A stretch of 64,000 bases of DNA from the human T2T-CHM13v2.0 reference genome, Homo sapiens. Below the pieces are notes generated by a model that was not told where the DNA came from, made no database searches, and worked only from the letters and a program-made list of their open reading frames with translations. Numbering within the stretch: position 1 is the first letter of the stretch; each line of letters opens with the position of its first letter. Shown here in pieces: positions 1 through 19,582 of the stretch. Location: NCBI RefSeq assembly GCF_009914755.1, contig NC_060939.1; one strand, given 5' to 3'. Position numbers and translations under genes: made by a program.

Positions 1-1286
1 CCCCCATGCCCACCCCACCCAACCACTCCCTAAGTGCTATCCACTCTACCTCTGGCACCGCTCTTGAATCCACCCATTTCTCTCCAACCCCACTAGGCCC
101 CTGCTCCAGTCCATCTGTAGTAGGTGCTGTTGATGCCTCACCCAGACTCCGTTTTCAAGCCAGGACATTTGTCTACTAGCTGCGGGTGGTGTTGGCTGTT
201 AACAACTCACAACTGTGCCCTTCTAGGGAGCAGTGCCCTCAGCCAGTGGAGACCAAACTTTGGTCATCAGGAAATGCCTGGCGGGGGGTGCCTACTCTTC
301 CCCAGGTGCAACCCACGGTCAGCAGGCAGATCCAGGAACAAAAGCCGCCCCTCGTGCCCTGACAACTCTGCAGTGCAGTGCAAGCACCAGAGCTCCCCAG
401 GGGATTGGGTCCAGACCAGACTTTGGCTGAACCAGTTCCTCACCTTGGTTCTGCTCCTGTCCCACCCTGCTCCCCTCACCCCTCATGTGTGTCACTGAAA
501 GCACTCAGATCCCTTTCCAGGCTCTGCCTTCCAGGAACCCAACCTAAGACTCCATCGCCCATGTAGGGCCAGTCACAGTGACATCTCCAGGCCCTGGGAG
601 GCAACCCAGAGGACAGGTGGGGCCACTGGGGCCTGGGGAGGCGAATGCCAGGATGCTGAGCCCCCAGCCACCTTGCCCCCAGGCTACCCTGAAGGAACCA
701 GCCAAAGCCTACCTGGTCTCCCTGACGCTGTGATTAAGTTTTGTGCCAGACAACGGGGAGCTGGAGCTTTCCCTCCTCCCTTTTTCTCTTTCCCTTTCTC
801 TTCTTTTCAAAGGCTGAGCCCAAGTTAATCAGATAAATTCCTCAGCAGTCGCACCAACAATTTTTCTAAGGTTCAGTCTCCCCAGAGCGACTCATAATTA
901 CTCCAGACTGAGACATTAAAGCAAAGGGGAAAGAAGAGTGGGAAAAAAAGATGTTTTTAATTAAAAAATTAATTTTTCCAACACTGACGGCTGCCCAGCT
1001 GTGGCACTTCCCCACTCAGGAGACCATCCCCTCTATCCATCTCTTCCTCATCAAACCTCAAGGTTGGGGGGTGGGCCTGGGAAAAGCAGCCCCCTCCCTG
1101 AACAAAGTCACCTCCCCCTCCAGCGGAAGCCTCTCTGTCTCCCCTCCCTCACCTGCAAAGTAAGTGGTAGGACTGCAGGATTCTACATGGGAACCGCAGA
1201 CAGAGGACACAGGCTTTGGCGTTGGGCAGACATGGGTTCCAGCTCTGTCACTGAGGATGCATGTGGCTTGCCTAAGTCCCCTCACA

Positions 1287-1448
1287 CTTCTCTACTCAAG
1301 TGAGGTCCTCAGGCCAGCGGTGTCGACATCACCTGGGGGCCTGTTAGAAATGCAATTTGGACCCCATCCCAAATCAGCTGAATCAGAATCTGTGTTTGAA
1401 TAGGATTCCCCGTGACTCATACCCACAGAACGTTTCAAGAAGCACTGC
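1287..1448. mobile_element. MER5A-like hAT-Charlie DNA transposon relic
   Basis: ctcaagtgaggtcc...catcacctggg...ttagaaatgca...tgaatcagaatct...aagcactg matches the recalled MER5 consensus pattern. Confidence 0.75.
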
Positions 1449-2194
1449 TTTGGTCAATCCGAGCTTCAGCCACCTGGAAAGTGGCTTAGTTTGCAAAGAT
1501 TACGAAGTTGTGCAAGAAAACAGTTTAACAATCTGTAAAGCAGGAATCTTAAAAAAATATTCACGAGTTGTTAACCTGGGCCATTCCAGTGCCTGGAATC
1601 AAACCTCATATCTGGTTCAGGAGCTTGACCCCATGAGCCAGAAGCTTTCCTGCTCTCTTGAATACTTTGCTCCCTGTATCTGGGGCCCAGCCAGAAGTTT
1701 CCTAAAGGAACCAAAGAGTTTGCAATGCAGGAAATCTTGACTGGAGAAAATAGCCGCCCACTGTCTGAAGCACTGACCATTGTCCAGGTGCCTCCCCTGC
1801 TCACTGCGTGCTGGGGCTGCTGGTGGGGTTAGGGCTGCTGTGGGTGAGGGGAGCTCACACTCCAATGCCATGAGGATGGACCTGTCCACACTAGACAGAT
1901 ATCAACAGCCACAGGCTCCCATTCTTACCTTGCCATTCCTTTCTGGGGTCTTTCCTAAGGACACAATCCGTAATATGGACAAGTTTCACACCAAGAAGAT
2001 TCATCAGGTTACCTTAAATAGGGAGTAAATATAAATAACACTGAGGGCAAGGCTAAGTGATTGTTAGTAAGGACGTTTCAAATGATATTAAAGACTTTGT
2101 AATGACAAGAGAACATGTTTATGATGTAATATGGGATACAGAACAGCTATACACTCATCTATGTTAAAAAAAAAAAAGTGTATGTACAAACACA

Positions 2195-2550
2195 TCCTTA
2201 TGCTGAAGCCCTAACTCTCAATGTGATGGTATTAAGAGATAGGACATTTGTGAGGTAATTAGGTGTAGATTAGGTCATAAGTGTGGGACCCTCATGATGG
2301 AATTAGTGCCCTTATAAGAAGACAAAGAGATATCTCCCTCTTCCTGTACATGGTTGCTCCGAGGAATGACCACGTGAGCATGCAGTGAGAAGGTGGCTGC
2401 TTACAGCCAGAAAGAGAGCCCCCATCAGACACCAAATCTGCCAGCACCTAGATCGTGGACTTTGCAGCCTCTAGAACTGTAAGAAATAATTGTCTGTTGT
2501 TTAAGCCACCCAGTCTTTGGAATTTTGTTATAGCAGCCCAATCAGACAGT
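2195..2550 (+). mobile_element. MLT1A-type MaLR solo LTR
   Basis: gaagccctaactctcaatgtgatggtatta...gcctctagaactgtaagaaata...ttaagccacccagtc...ttgttatagcagccc. Confidence 0.8.
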
Positions 2551-2867
2551 AGTATATTTTAAAAGAGGTAAAACCAAGATAACAAAGAAAAAATCCAAAA
2601 ATGGATTTAAGGCATGGTTTTGTACTGGAGACTTCAGAGGACTAAGGGAACAACTGCAAAACCAATAGTTACAGGGACAAGAAGAGAAAGAGAAACTCTC
2701 CCTCAAGATGACTGTGCAGAGTAAAATTTTAAAACACATGAAGAAGATTGATGCCAAAGCAAAATCAACAGTTAGGAGGCTTATTGATTGCAGAAAAAGT
2801 AAACAATAGGGAAATATTTAAATGACTCAATAGAAGCCTATTTGGACCCCTTAAAAAACTGAAGGAA

Positions 2868-3167
<300 letters not shown>

Positions 3168-3176
3168 CTGAAGGAA

Positions 3177-3308
3177 GCCAGGCACTGTGGAGCATGCTGG
3201 TAATCCCAGCCAGTCAGGAGGCTCAGGTGGGAGGATCACTTGGGCCCAGGAGTTTCAGTCCAGCCTGGGCAATGTAATTAAACCTTGTTCTTTAAAAAAA
3301 AAAAAAAG
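3177..3308 (+). mobile_element. FLAM / free left Alu monomer
   Basis: Single left arm followed directly by poly-A. Confidence 0.8.
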
Positions 3309-3390
3309 ACTCAATAATTGGACAAATTTTAGACTAGACCTGTCCAAAGGAAAGTATAGTGAATTATAAGCTTATATTAAGAAATTTACA

Positions 3391-3763
<373 letters not shown>

Positions 3764-3929
3764 TCATTAAAAAGAACAAAATCTAATAGGAGTTCCAGGA
3801 GAAGAGAACCAAGGGATGAAAAAGAAGCAATAGTCGAAGACATAAAAACAGATCATTTCCCAGGATTAAAGAGAAAGATAAGTTCTCAGCTTGAAAGGAA
3901 AGTAAACATTGAGTGACTGTGCATCATAA

Positions 3930-6755
<2,826 letters not shown>

Positions 6756-8030
6756 AGTTATGCAGACCTTGTGCCAAGGAGAAAAGAGGCCAGAAAGCCA
6801 TGGAGCAAACACTTCAAAGTACTGAGTGTGAAAAAATGGAGGGTAAAATTCCATTTGCAGCTAAATAATTACTCAAGATTAAAAAGGAAATAAAACCATT
6901 TTCATACATATAAAACTGGAAGAGTTTATACCCAAGACATATTCACTGAAAGAAGTCCTAAAGATGTACTTTGGCAAAATAAAAAGTGAACCTAAGGGGA
7001 AAATTAGAGTGTGAAAAAAAGGAGTGAGTGCAAAATTGGTAAATATATAAATTGAGCTATTGACAATAAAATAATAACAATGATTATAATAATAATAGCT
7101 ATAGCTGTGTTTGAAAAAAGATACTACCAAGATTCTAGAAAACATTTTAAAAACTTCTTTACTTGTCCACAAGGATGATAGAGATATTGAATATTCTTGG
7201 ACTTCATTAAAAGAACTTATATGTATATTGAAATACAAGTGACTTTAATATCACACTGTCAATGAATGGAACAACCAGAGAGAAGGTTAAGTAAAGAAAT
7301 AGAGGACTTAACACAATAAACCAACTAGTTCTAATGGATGTATACAGAACACTCTACCCAACCACAGCAGCATACACATTCTCAAATGCAGATGGCACAA
7401 TTCCCGGGATAGACCATATGCTAGGCTGCAAATAAACTCTCAATAGATTTTAAAAGATACACATGATGGAAAATATATTCTCTGACCACAACGGAATGAA
7501 GTTAGAAATCAATAACAGAAGTAAAACTGAAAAATTCACAAATTTGTGAAAATTAAACAGCATACTCTTAAGCAACCAATAGATCAAAGAAGAAATCACA
7601 CAGGAAATTGGAAAATACCTAGAGATGAATTAAAATGAAAATGTCACATAGAAAAACTTATGGGACAAAGCAAAGGCACTGCTAAGGGGGACATTTATAG
7701 CTACAACGTTTACATTAAATAATAAGAAAGATCTCAAATCAACAGTCTAACTTTACAACTAAACCCAAAGCTATGAGAAGGAAGAAAATACTAAAGATTA
7801 GAGCAGAGATAAATTACAGAAGTGAAAATCAATGAAATCAAAAGTTGGTTTTTGAAAAGACAACAAAATGGACCGACCGTTAGTTAGATGAAGTAAGAAA
7901 AAAAGAGAGAAGACTCAAATTACCTTACAACTAAACCCAAAGCTATCAGAAGGAAAAAAAAAATTCTAAAGATTAGAGCAGAGATAAACAAAATAGAGAA
8001 TTAAAAAATAGAGAAAAATCAATGAACTCA

Positions 8031-8396
<366 letters not shown>

Positions 8397-8783
8397 CTAG
8401 ATGAAGTAAGAAAAAAAGAGGACTCAAATTACTAAAATCTGAAACAAAAGTGGGGACATTACTACTAATTCTACAGAAATAAGAAGGATTTTAAAAGAGT
8501 ATCACGAGCAATTGTGCACCAATACTGGATAGCCAAGATGGAATATGGACAAATTCCTAGAAACACAAAAACTACAAAGATTAAATCATGAAGAAAGAGA
8601 AAATCTGAATAGATTCATAACTAGTGAGGAAATTAAATCCATAACCAAACATCTCCCAACAAAGAAAAGCCCTGGACCTCGTGGCTTTACTGGTAAATTC
8701 TACCAAATATTAAAATAAGAGTGAACATCAAATCCTTCCAAAACTTTTAAAACTGGAAACACCTTTTTTTAATTAAAAAAAAA

Positions 8784-9058
<275 letters not shown>

Positions 9059-9650
9059 TAAATAACCAAAACAATCTTGAAAAAGAAAAACAAAGCTGTA
9101 GGACTCATACTTCCTGATTTCAAATCTTACTGCAAAGCTTCAGTAATCAAAACAGTGTGGTACTGGCAAAAAGACAGACATATAGACCAATGGAATAGAA
9201 ATAGACAGACATATAGCCCAGAAATAAACCCTTGCAAAAATGGGAACATGAGTTCTGACAAGGATACCAGGACCATTCAACGGGGAAAGGACAGTCTTCA
9301 CAACAATGATGCTGGGAAACCTGGATATCCACATGCAAAAGAATAAAGTTGGACTGTTATCTAACATCACCTACAAAAATTAACTCAACATGGACCAAAC
9401 ACCTTAATGTAAGACCTAAGACTGTAAAACTCAGAAGAAACCATAGGGCGAATCTTCATGACATTGGTTTTGGCAATGATTTCTTGGCTATGACAACAAA
9501 GGCACAGGCAACAAAAGAAAAAAACAGGTAAATTGGATTTCATCAAAATTTTAATACTTCGTACATCAGAAAACATTGTCAACAGAGTAAAAAGGCAACC
9601 CATGGAGCAGATATTTACAAACCATGTATCTGATAAAAGATTAATAGCTA

Positions 9651-10274
<624 letters not shown>

Positions 10275-10848
10275 CTATGACCCATGCTACAATTTGGAGG
10301 AATCTTGAGAACATTATGCTAAGTGAAATAAACCAGCCAAAAGAGCAGATATTGTATGTTTCCACTTACATGAGGCATCTACAATAGTCAAAATCACAGA
10401 AATAGATATGTTAGAATGGTGGTTGCCAGGGACTTGAGGGAGGGGGAAATGGGGAATTATTTAATTGTACAGAGTTTCAGTTTTACAAGATTAAAACAGT
10501 TATGAATCTGAATGGTGGTGACAGTTGCACAACATTATTAATGTATTTAACAACAACAACCCTGCACTTTAAAATGGTTAAGGTGATACATTTTATGTTA
10601 GGCGTATTTTACCACAATGAAAAAAATTGGAAAAAAGTAACCACTAAAGGTTATAAATACAATTTATAGCTTGTGAGGTGCAGCTAAGGCAATATTTGGA
10701 AGCAAATGTATAGCCTTCAATGAATTTACGAAAGTAGAGAAAAGATTCAAAGCAAATATCAGTGATTTAACTCAAAAAGGAAGAAAAAGAACAAAAGAAT
10801 AAGCCCAAAGAAAGTAGAAGGAGGAAAAGAGAAAAGAAAGGAGCAAAC

Positions 10849-11147
<299 letters not shown>

Positions 11148-13574
11148 TGAAAACTTTTTAAAATTGGAAACAAAAAAAAAAAAAAAGAGAGGTAGAGAGG
11201 TGAAACAATTTCATCTATCATAACCGAACTGCAGAGTCTCATTTTACATCCTGTAAAAACTTTTCATTCTGTGTCTATCTTTGAAAAGTTATAACTTGTT
11301 TGGGTAGTCCCATTATACCTGATTTTTTTGGAGGTTTGAGGATGGACTTTAGATAGAGGCATGAATGTGTTGACCAAGGCGCCGGGGGAGAAATCTTTGC
11401 CAGATACTTTTAGGACCCTAGCCTCATGTTTATCCTGTCAACACCCAGGGAAGTGGGGAGTGGCTGAGGGTCAGAGAGGCACAGGCGCTTGTCTGTGGTC
11501 ACGTGATGATTAATGGCACAGCTAGAAATGGAACGCAGGTTGCCTCCCCTCACCACCCCAGCTTTTCCCCTCTCCCCAGACCACCCCCAAGATGCAGGGA
11601 GATTGTGAAGTCTCATTCCTGGGGCTGATTCAGACCAATCTTGTGTACGAGACCTCGTTCCCCAGGCCAGAGACAGGCAATGCCAATGCCCCAGGGGATG
11701 CTGTTTAGCAGTCCAGCCTCCCCTCACTCTCTCTTGGGGAGTCTGACAGATCTTAGAACCAGATGGAGCTGTGGCATTGATGGACAGAGCACTGTCTCCA
11801 TCACCTGGTGTCTGAGGCTCACCTTTACTCGCAATCAGCAGGAAGGATTGTCTTACAAGTCCAGAGATAGAGCATTCAAGGTGGACAGAAAAAAAGCTCT
11901 TGTTAGAAAATCATCATTCTTCTTTGCAGCTGCTTAAAGTGAGGCCCAGCCATCCCTTAGTTAATATCTCCGCCTACTTGGGAAGAAAGGTAAATCATTG
12001 ACAACTGCTCATGAGAGTGACTTGGCCCAGCAGTGCGCTTATAAAACCCCGGACTGGTAAAGTCCCTCATCTGTGAAATGTCCTTCCCCAGAGAGCTTCT
12101 AGAGTGCACAGGCATCCAGCGATCTGTGGGCACAATTAGAGCAGAGGCTGGATGCAGCTCTGGGCTCTCTGCCAGGCCAGCTCTGCCACTTCTCTCCCTT
12201 TGTGGGCTCCCATTGATTGAGTCAGGATGGCATCGGATTCCCCCACGAGCTCTGACCTAATGGGTTGGACTCTAAGGCAGCCTTGAAGAGAGTCACCAGC
12301 CCACCAGCCTGGGGCTAGTAACACGTATCCCAAGGGGAAAGAGGAGTGATGCCCCCATTGCCTGGAACTCCCGGGGAGTAGAGGGAAAGCAGGTCCCACC
12401 CAATTCCTTCACACTGTCACAGTCTTAGAAGAAAACATTGTACAAATTCACATCGAAGACTCAAAAATAAGTCACGGAGCAGTCAGGGCTAAATGAAGCC
12501 TCAGAGCACATTAGCTCAATCCCCTTATTGCTCTGGGCAGGAGATGGAGGCCCAGAAAGGGTGAGCCCCCTGCCCAAGCTCACACAACAGGGAAGCGGAC
12601 CTGAGTCTGCAGCCTCCAGAGTTGCGGCAGTTGCCGGCACCTCACAAGCTCGAGGCCTGTGGCAACGGGGACCGAATCTCCACTGCCCAAAGCGGAAGCC
12701 TCAGGAGCAGAAGAGAGAGGAAAAGGAGGGGAGAACAGAGCGCAAGGGGCAGGAAGGGGCATGAATTTGCTCAGTCCAACTGCAGCTTGATCAATTACAA
12801 ACGGGGTGTGGCAGCAGAGCGGCTGCTGGAACCACAGCTCCCCGGAGCCCCATCAGTCAGCGATATAGTAATAAAGCGACCAGGGCTGGAAAAATGCTAT
12901 GAGACTCCAGGGAGTTCAGTCTCATCCCGCTGGATTATAACCCTGTTATCGACACCCCAGGGACTTATTCTGTTTCTTTCAACCCAGCTCGGGAGATGAA
13001 ACCTTCCGCGGGCGCTAGGGGTGGGGTGCTGGCTGGTGGGATGCAGCCCAAACCCAAAGGAACGGCTGGGAGCAGGAGAGGCAGGAGCGGGAGTGGGTTC
13101 AGCCAGAGGCACGTCTGCCAGACATATCTGGGGCGACCCTTCTCCCTGACCCCCAACTCCAGTGTCCACTGAGGCCTCAGCTATGCACTGGGCTGTGCTG
13201 TGGGGGTCAGAGGGAGGAGAAGCTGGGGGCCTGGCCTGGGAGTCCCAGAGTGCCTGGGGCACAGTCCTCACATGCCAAAAGATCAAAAAGAATAGCAGAT
13301 ACTCAGCGGTTCAGCTGCTGAAATGCACAAGACAGAAAGCGCCCTGGAGGTTTCAGAGTGGAGGACAAGCTTCCTGGAGGAGGCGAGGCCACACCAGCGA
13401 TCGAAGGGTCATAATTCTGTTGCTGAACGTTGGCCACAGTTTTCTGCAGGCCTCCACCTCCTCCTTATCCTTGCATCCAGGGTCAGAAACTGTCCTAAAC
13501 AGCAGGTGTTCTCTGACTATAAAACTCTCCTGGCAACCCAGTGCGTCCAGGAAGAAGTCAGAATTCCATCACAT

Positions 13575-14104
<530 letters not shown>

Positions 14105-15844
14105 TCATGGCGCTGCACATGCTATTCTCTTGTCCTGGAATTCCAGCTCTTCTCCTCTTCCTGGATAACACGAGCTGGTTCTTCAAGACTCCACTGGTAC
14201 ACCACCATCTCAGTGAATTCCCCTACCGACGTGTTCCCTACACAAGCAGAGTCAGAGGCACCCTCGTCTGGGGACCCACATCTCCTGGGCTGCCCACATC
14301 AAGGTCCCTAATTTGTGGGTACATACAACAATGCCACCCTCTTGAAGTGGGGCTGGACGAGGCAGCCCAAGACATCACAATAAAGATTCCAGCATGCCAG
14401 GCACACGCCGATAGCCCCAGCTATTTGGAAAGCTGAGGTGGAAGGATGCTTGAGCCCAGGTGTTCAAGATCAGCCTAAGCAACATAACCAGACCCTGTGG
14501 CAAAAAAAAATGAAAAGATTCCAGGATCACTTCCCGTAGGTATTCTTAATTAAAGCCGCAACAAGCCACATGACTGATCAGAGGTAGGATATGGGTTCTT
14601 TCTCCAGCATTTCAGATGTGAATGTAAGCCATTGCTCAAAAGCAGTGGAAGCATTGCTATAACATTAGGGTCAAGCTGAATATTAACTTCCCAAGGGAAT
14701 GCAGGGATATTTTGGTCCACCAGCAACTGAGAATAAAAAAAAGAAGATAAAGACCAGGAGAAGATCAAAAGCACATCTGAAAGCTGCAGCCAGCCTATCT
14801 CTCTAGGGAAATTTTAAAGTGACCCAACTAGAAGAATTAAAAACAGGTATTAGCTCAGGAACTTTATGATCTATAAAAATAATACCCATCAATCAAGATC
14901 TGGTTTCTCATTCTATCCCAGTATAGATGATGCCAAATTTACGTAAATAAAATCATGTTTATTAGATAGGCAGAGAGAGACATGGAGACATATATGACTA
15001 GACATACTTAGATTTATAAAATCGCAATGAGACTTAGACACCTGCACATCTTATGTGTCAGCAAAAACAGTGATTTATTTATGTCTCTGTTTCCTCAACT
15101 TGACTATGAGCTCCTTGAGGGCAGGTCCTTTATCTTTGTGGTCCCACTGTAACGGAGTACCACACATAAAAGGAAGGAAATAAATGTCTGCTTTGTAAAT
15201 GAATGAGTTATTCTTTGCATCTCCAGCACCCAGCACAATGGGTGTTTCTCAGAGGAAGCTTCCCACCTGACATGCTGCCCTCACCTGCACCCCAGCTCTG
15301 CCTCCCATTGTTAAGATGAGAGCAGCAGGAAGCAGAAGTTGCTGCACAGAGGGGAGGGTTGTGCACTGGCTCCTTGCTCAGCTGGCTGGGAGGGACCACA
15401 GAGAATTGAGGAGCCTCCATCCTGAGAGGCTGGACTGCCTGGGACCTGGGGCCTGAAGACTGAGGCAGGAGCTGCACAGAACTCTCAGGAGCTGCAAGTA
15501 GCTCAAAATCTGCAGCTTGGACTGGTGAAATCAAAATGAAGTTGCAAGAAGAGACCATTCACAGGAGCAGTGTCCATTACAGCAAACAAATTAGAACAAC
15601 TTAAATGCCTTTTGAAAGGAAAATGGATACATGGGGGCAGAATCTTTCCATGGAATACTGTACTGCAATGAAATTGAAAAAAAAAAAAGACCACTATGTA
15701 CAATAGTATGTGTGAATCTTAACATGATGTTGAGTGAAAAAGTAAATCTCAGAAGATCATATATAACACGATGCCTTTTTATAAAGATCACAAACAGCTC
15801 AAATCAGCAATGTATTGCTTAGGCATCCACAGATATGTGGTTGT

Positions 15845-16614
<770 letters not shown>

Positions 16615-16635
16615 TTATGTTTGAAAGGGCAAGAG

Positions 16636-16806
16636 GGCCTGGACATAGTGGTTCACACCTGTAATCTAAGCACTTTGGGAGGCCAATGCAAGAAGATCAC
16701 TTGAGGCCAAGAGTTTGAGGCTTCAGTGAGCTATGATCACACCCCTGCACTCCAGCCTGGGCAACAGGGAGAGACCCCATCTCTTAAAAAAAAAAAAGAA
16801 AAAAAA
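16636..16806 (+). mobile_element. Alu monomer (FRAM/FAM-like)
   Basis: Single monomer with right-arm-type core and poly-A. Confidence 0.75.
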
Positions 16807-18683
16807 GATAAGGGAGTAATACATACAAAATTCAGCATAGTGCTGACCTCTGAGGAGGCGGCAGGGAGAAGGGAGAGGGACAGAGGGAGGGGCACAAAGG
16901 TAGGTACAAATATTGTTAAGGTTCCAGATCTTGGGTTGAGCTCTGAGTTTAAAGGTGCTTGCTGTGTTATTGCAAACACATTTATTAATTACAGTGGCCC
17001 TGCATGAGCCAATAGTAACAGTGCATCCTAACTAGGGGGTGTGATTAACTCAATTGTGTGTACCTGAGGTTCATTTAAAAAGGAAAAGAAAAGGACTATT
17101 GCTCAACTATGAGCTGGAAACTCAGTACTGGGTGTGCCCAAGGGGAGCATGCAATCTCATCTTGTAGGCAATGGGCACCCACTGAGGGTATAGGGGAGGG
17201 CAAGGGTGGGGCTCAGAGGTGTGTTTTTTCTCCTAATTCCCTAAGGTCCAGGACCTGAGATTCCATTCCCCACAGCCCCTCCTCCAGGCCCCCAGGAAAC
17301 TCTCACTCTAGCCAGCTGGTTAGAGGTGGGAGACAGGATGATCACAGAGACTTTGTTCCTGGCAGCTTGTCAAACCTGCCACAAAGCCTCATTTCAATGT
17401 ATTTGCATGAAATGATTTTATCCCAGCTGCCTCCTCGTCCCTGCCCCCACCCCAGGGGCCCTTGCAGGCCTGGCTCCCAGGCAGTGACCTTACAGGCCCC
17501 TGGACCAATCCCAGACCCCCTTTGATTATATCAAGTTTATTGGTAAGAATTCTGCTTTTCCTGCATGCTGGGAATCATGAATCTTACACAACTTTCTCTC
17601 TTTCATGATCATTGCAGTCCATGGGGAGCCGCTGAGGAGTTGTAGGCAGGGGGGACGTGGTGGGATGTGCAAGGTGGAAGCTCACTCTGGCTGACAGGGA
17701 GGGACAAGGGTGGAAGTAGGGAGACCACCAAGGCAGGAAAGGGAGGACATCTGGACTGGGGAGGGACAGAGGGACGGAGCCATGGAGCAGATCTGAGAGC
17801 CACTCAGAAGGTAGGACCACGGAGCTCAGCAGCGAGTCCCAAGCCCAGCTTCATGGCCACGGGGAGGAAACAGAAGCAGTCCTGTCCCCCGGACTCTGGG
17901 CACCACAGGTCACAGCTAAGGCTGAAGCCAGATTGGATGGTCCAGTGCCAGAGAGAGGAGTATGGGGTCGGGGGGCAGGAGGGAGGCAGGGAATAAGTGA
18001 CTATTTGTCATTGGACCTTTAGAGCTATTTGAGTATATTAATTTGACCCCAAGATTTCAACGAAAAAAAAAAGAAAGCACATTAGAGTCAGACTGCCACG
18101 GCCTTGGACATTCACTATCCACACCGCACAGGCAAGCTGCAGGCAGTTCACGACCCCTCAAGATTGTGCACCGAGTTGGTTATGTGGATGCAGATTTTTT
18201 CTGAAAAGTATGTTCTATTGAATTCTCAAAAGGGCCTGTGACCTGGCAATAATGATAATACTTAACATTTAAATACACTAACATGGTATATACCATATGA
18301 TATAGATACAGACATAGACATACAGACACATACACAGACATGGATACAGATACAGATCAACTCATTTAATCCTCTCAATGGCTCAAGGAGGAACATTGTA
18401 TTGTCATGTCCATTTTATAGATGTAGGGACTGAGGTACCAGGAGGTTCAGTGGCTTGCTGAAGCTTGCTCAGTTAGTGAGATTTGAGTCTAGAGTTTCAG
18501 CCACAACTCTGGCCCCATCTGGTCTAATACTGAACTTGTCAGGTAGACAAATGAGACCCCGGGGCACAGAAGCGTTCACCCTGGGTTCCACCAACAGAGA
18601 GTGCTGGCCCCTGTGGACTCACAAACATCTGTGCTCCCAACCCTTCTTGGGCCTCTCACTTCAAGAGTAATAGGAAATCTCAA

Positions 18684-19012
18684 GGCCAGGTGCAGTGGCT
18701 CACGCCTGTAATCCCAGCACTTTGGGAGGCTAAGGTGGGCGGATTACTTGAGGTCAGGAGTTTGAGACCGGCCTGGCCAACATGGTGAAACCCCATCCCT
18801 ACTATGAATACAAAAATTAGCTGGGCGTGGTGGTGGGGGCCTGTAATCCCAGCTACTGGGGAGGCTGAGGCAAGAGAATTGCTTGAACCTGGGAGGCAGA
18901 GGTTGCAGTGAGCCAAGATATCACCCAAGGTCCAAAGAGCCTGGGCAACAGAGCAAGACTTCACCTCAAAAAAATACAAAAATAAAAACACAACAAAACA
19001 CACACAAAAAAA
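18684..19012 (+). mobile_element. AluS
   Basis: Dimer; TSD aagag(t/c)aataggaaatct. Confidence 0.92.
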
Positions 19013-19201
19013 GAGCAATAGGAAATCTTGGTCCCTCCCCTCATCCATGCCCACAGCTGGGAAGGTGGTTTGGTGCCAGGGACATCTCAGGAGCAGGTGT
19101 GGAGCAGGGGAGAGCTCCCACCCGCCAGCACTACCGCTGCTACTGACAACCTAGGTCCCAATGCAGGGAGAGCCCAGCCAGGCAGCCCTCAGCAGGGACA
19201 G

Positions 19202-19582
19202 TGTATTAGCCTGTTTTCATACTGCTATAAAGAACTGCACGAGACTGGATAGTTTGTGAAGGAAAGAGGCTTAATTGACTCACAGTTCAGCGTGGCCAGG
19301 AAGGCATCAGAAAGCTTACAATTACAGCAGAAGGTCAAGAGGAAGCAAAGAACCCTCTTCACAAGGTGACAGAAAAGAGAAGTGCTGAGCAAAGTGGGAA
19401 GAGCCCCTTATGAAATCATCAGATCTCGTGAGAACTCACTCACTATCACGAGAACAGCATGGAGGAAACCATTCCCATGATCCACGAATTACCTCCACCT
19501 GGTCTCTCCTTGACAGGTGGGGAAAATGGGGATGATAACTCAAGATGGGATTTGGGTGGAGACACAAAGCCTAACCATATCA
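19202..19582 (-). mobile_element. THE1D-type MaLR solo LTR
   Basis: 381 bp, bounded by tgtattag...ccatatca, with a perfect 5-bp TSD GACAG (19197-19201 and 19583-19587). Confidence 0.92.
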
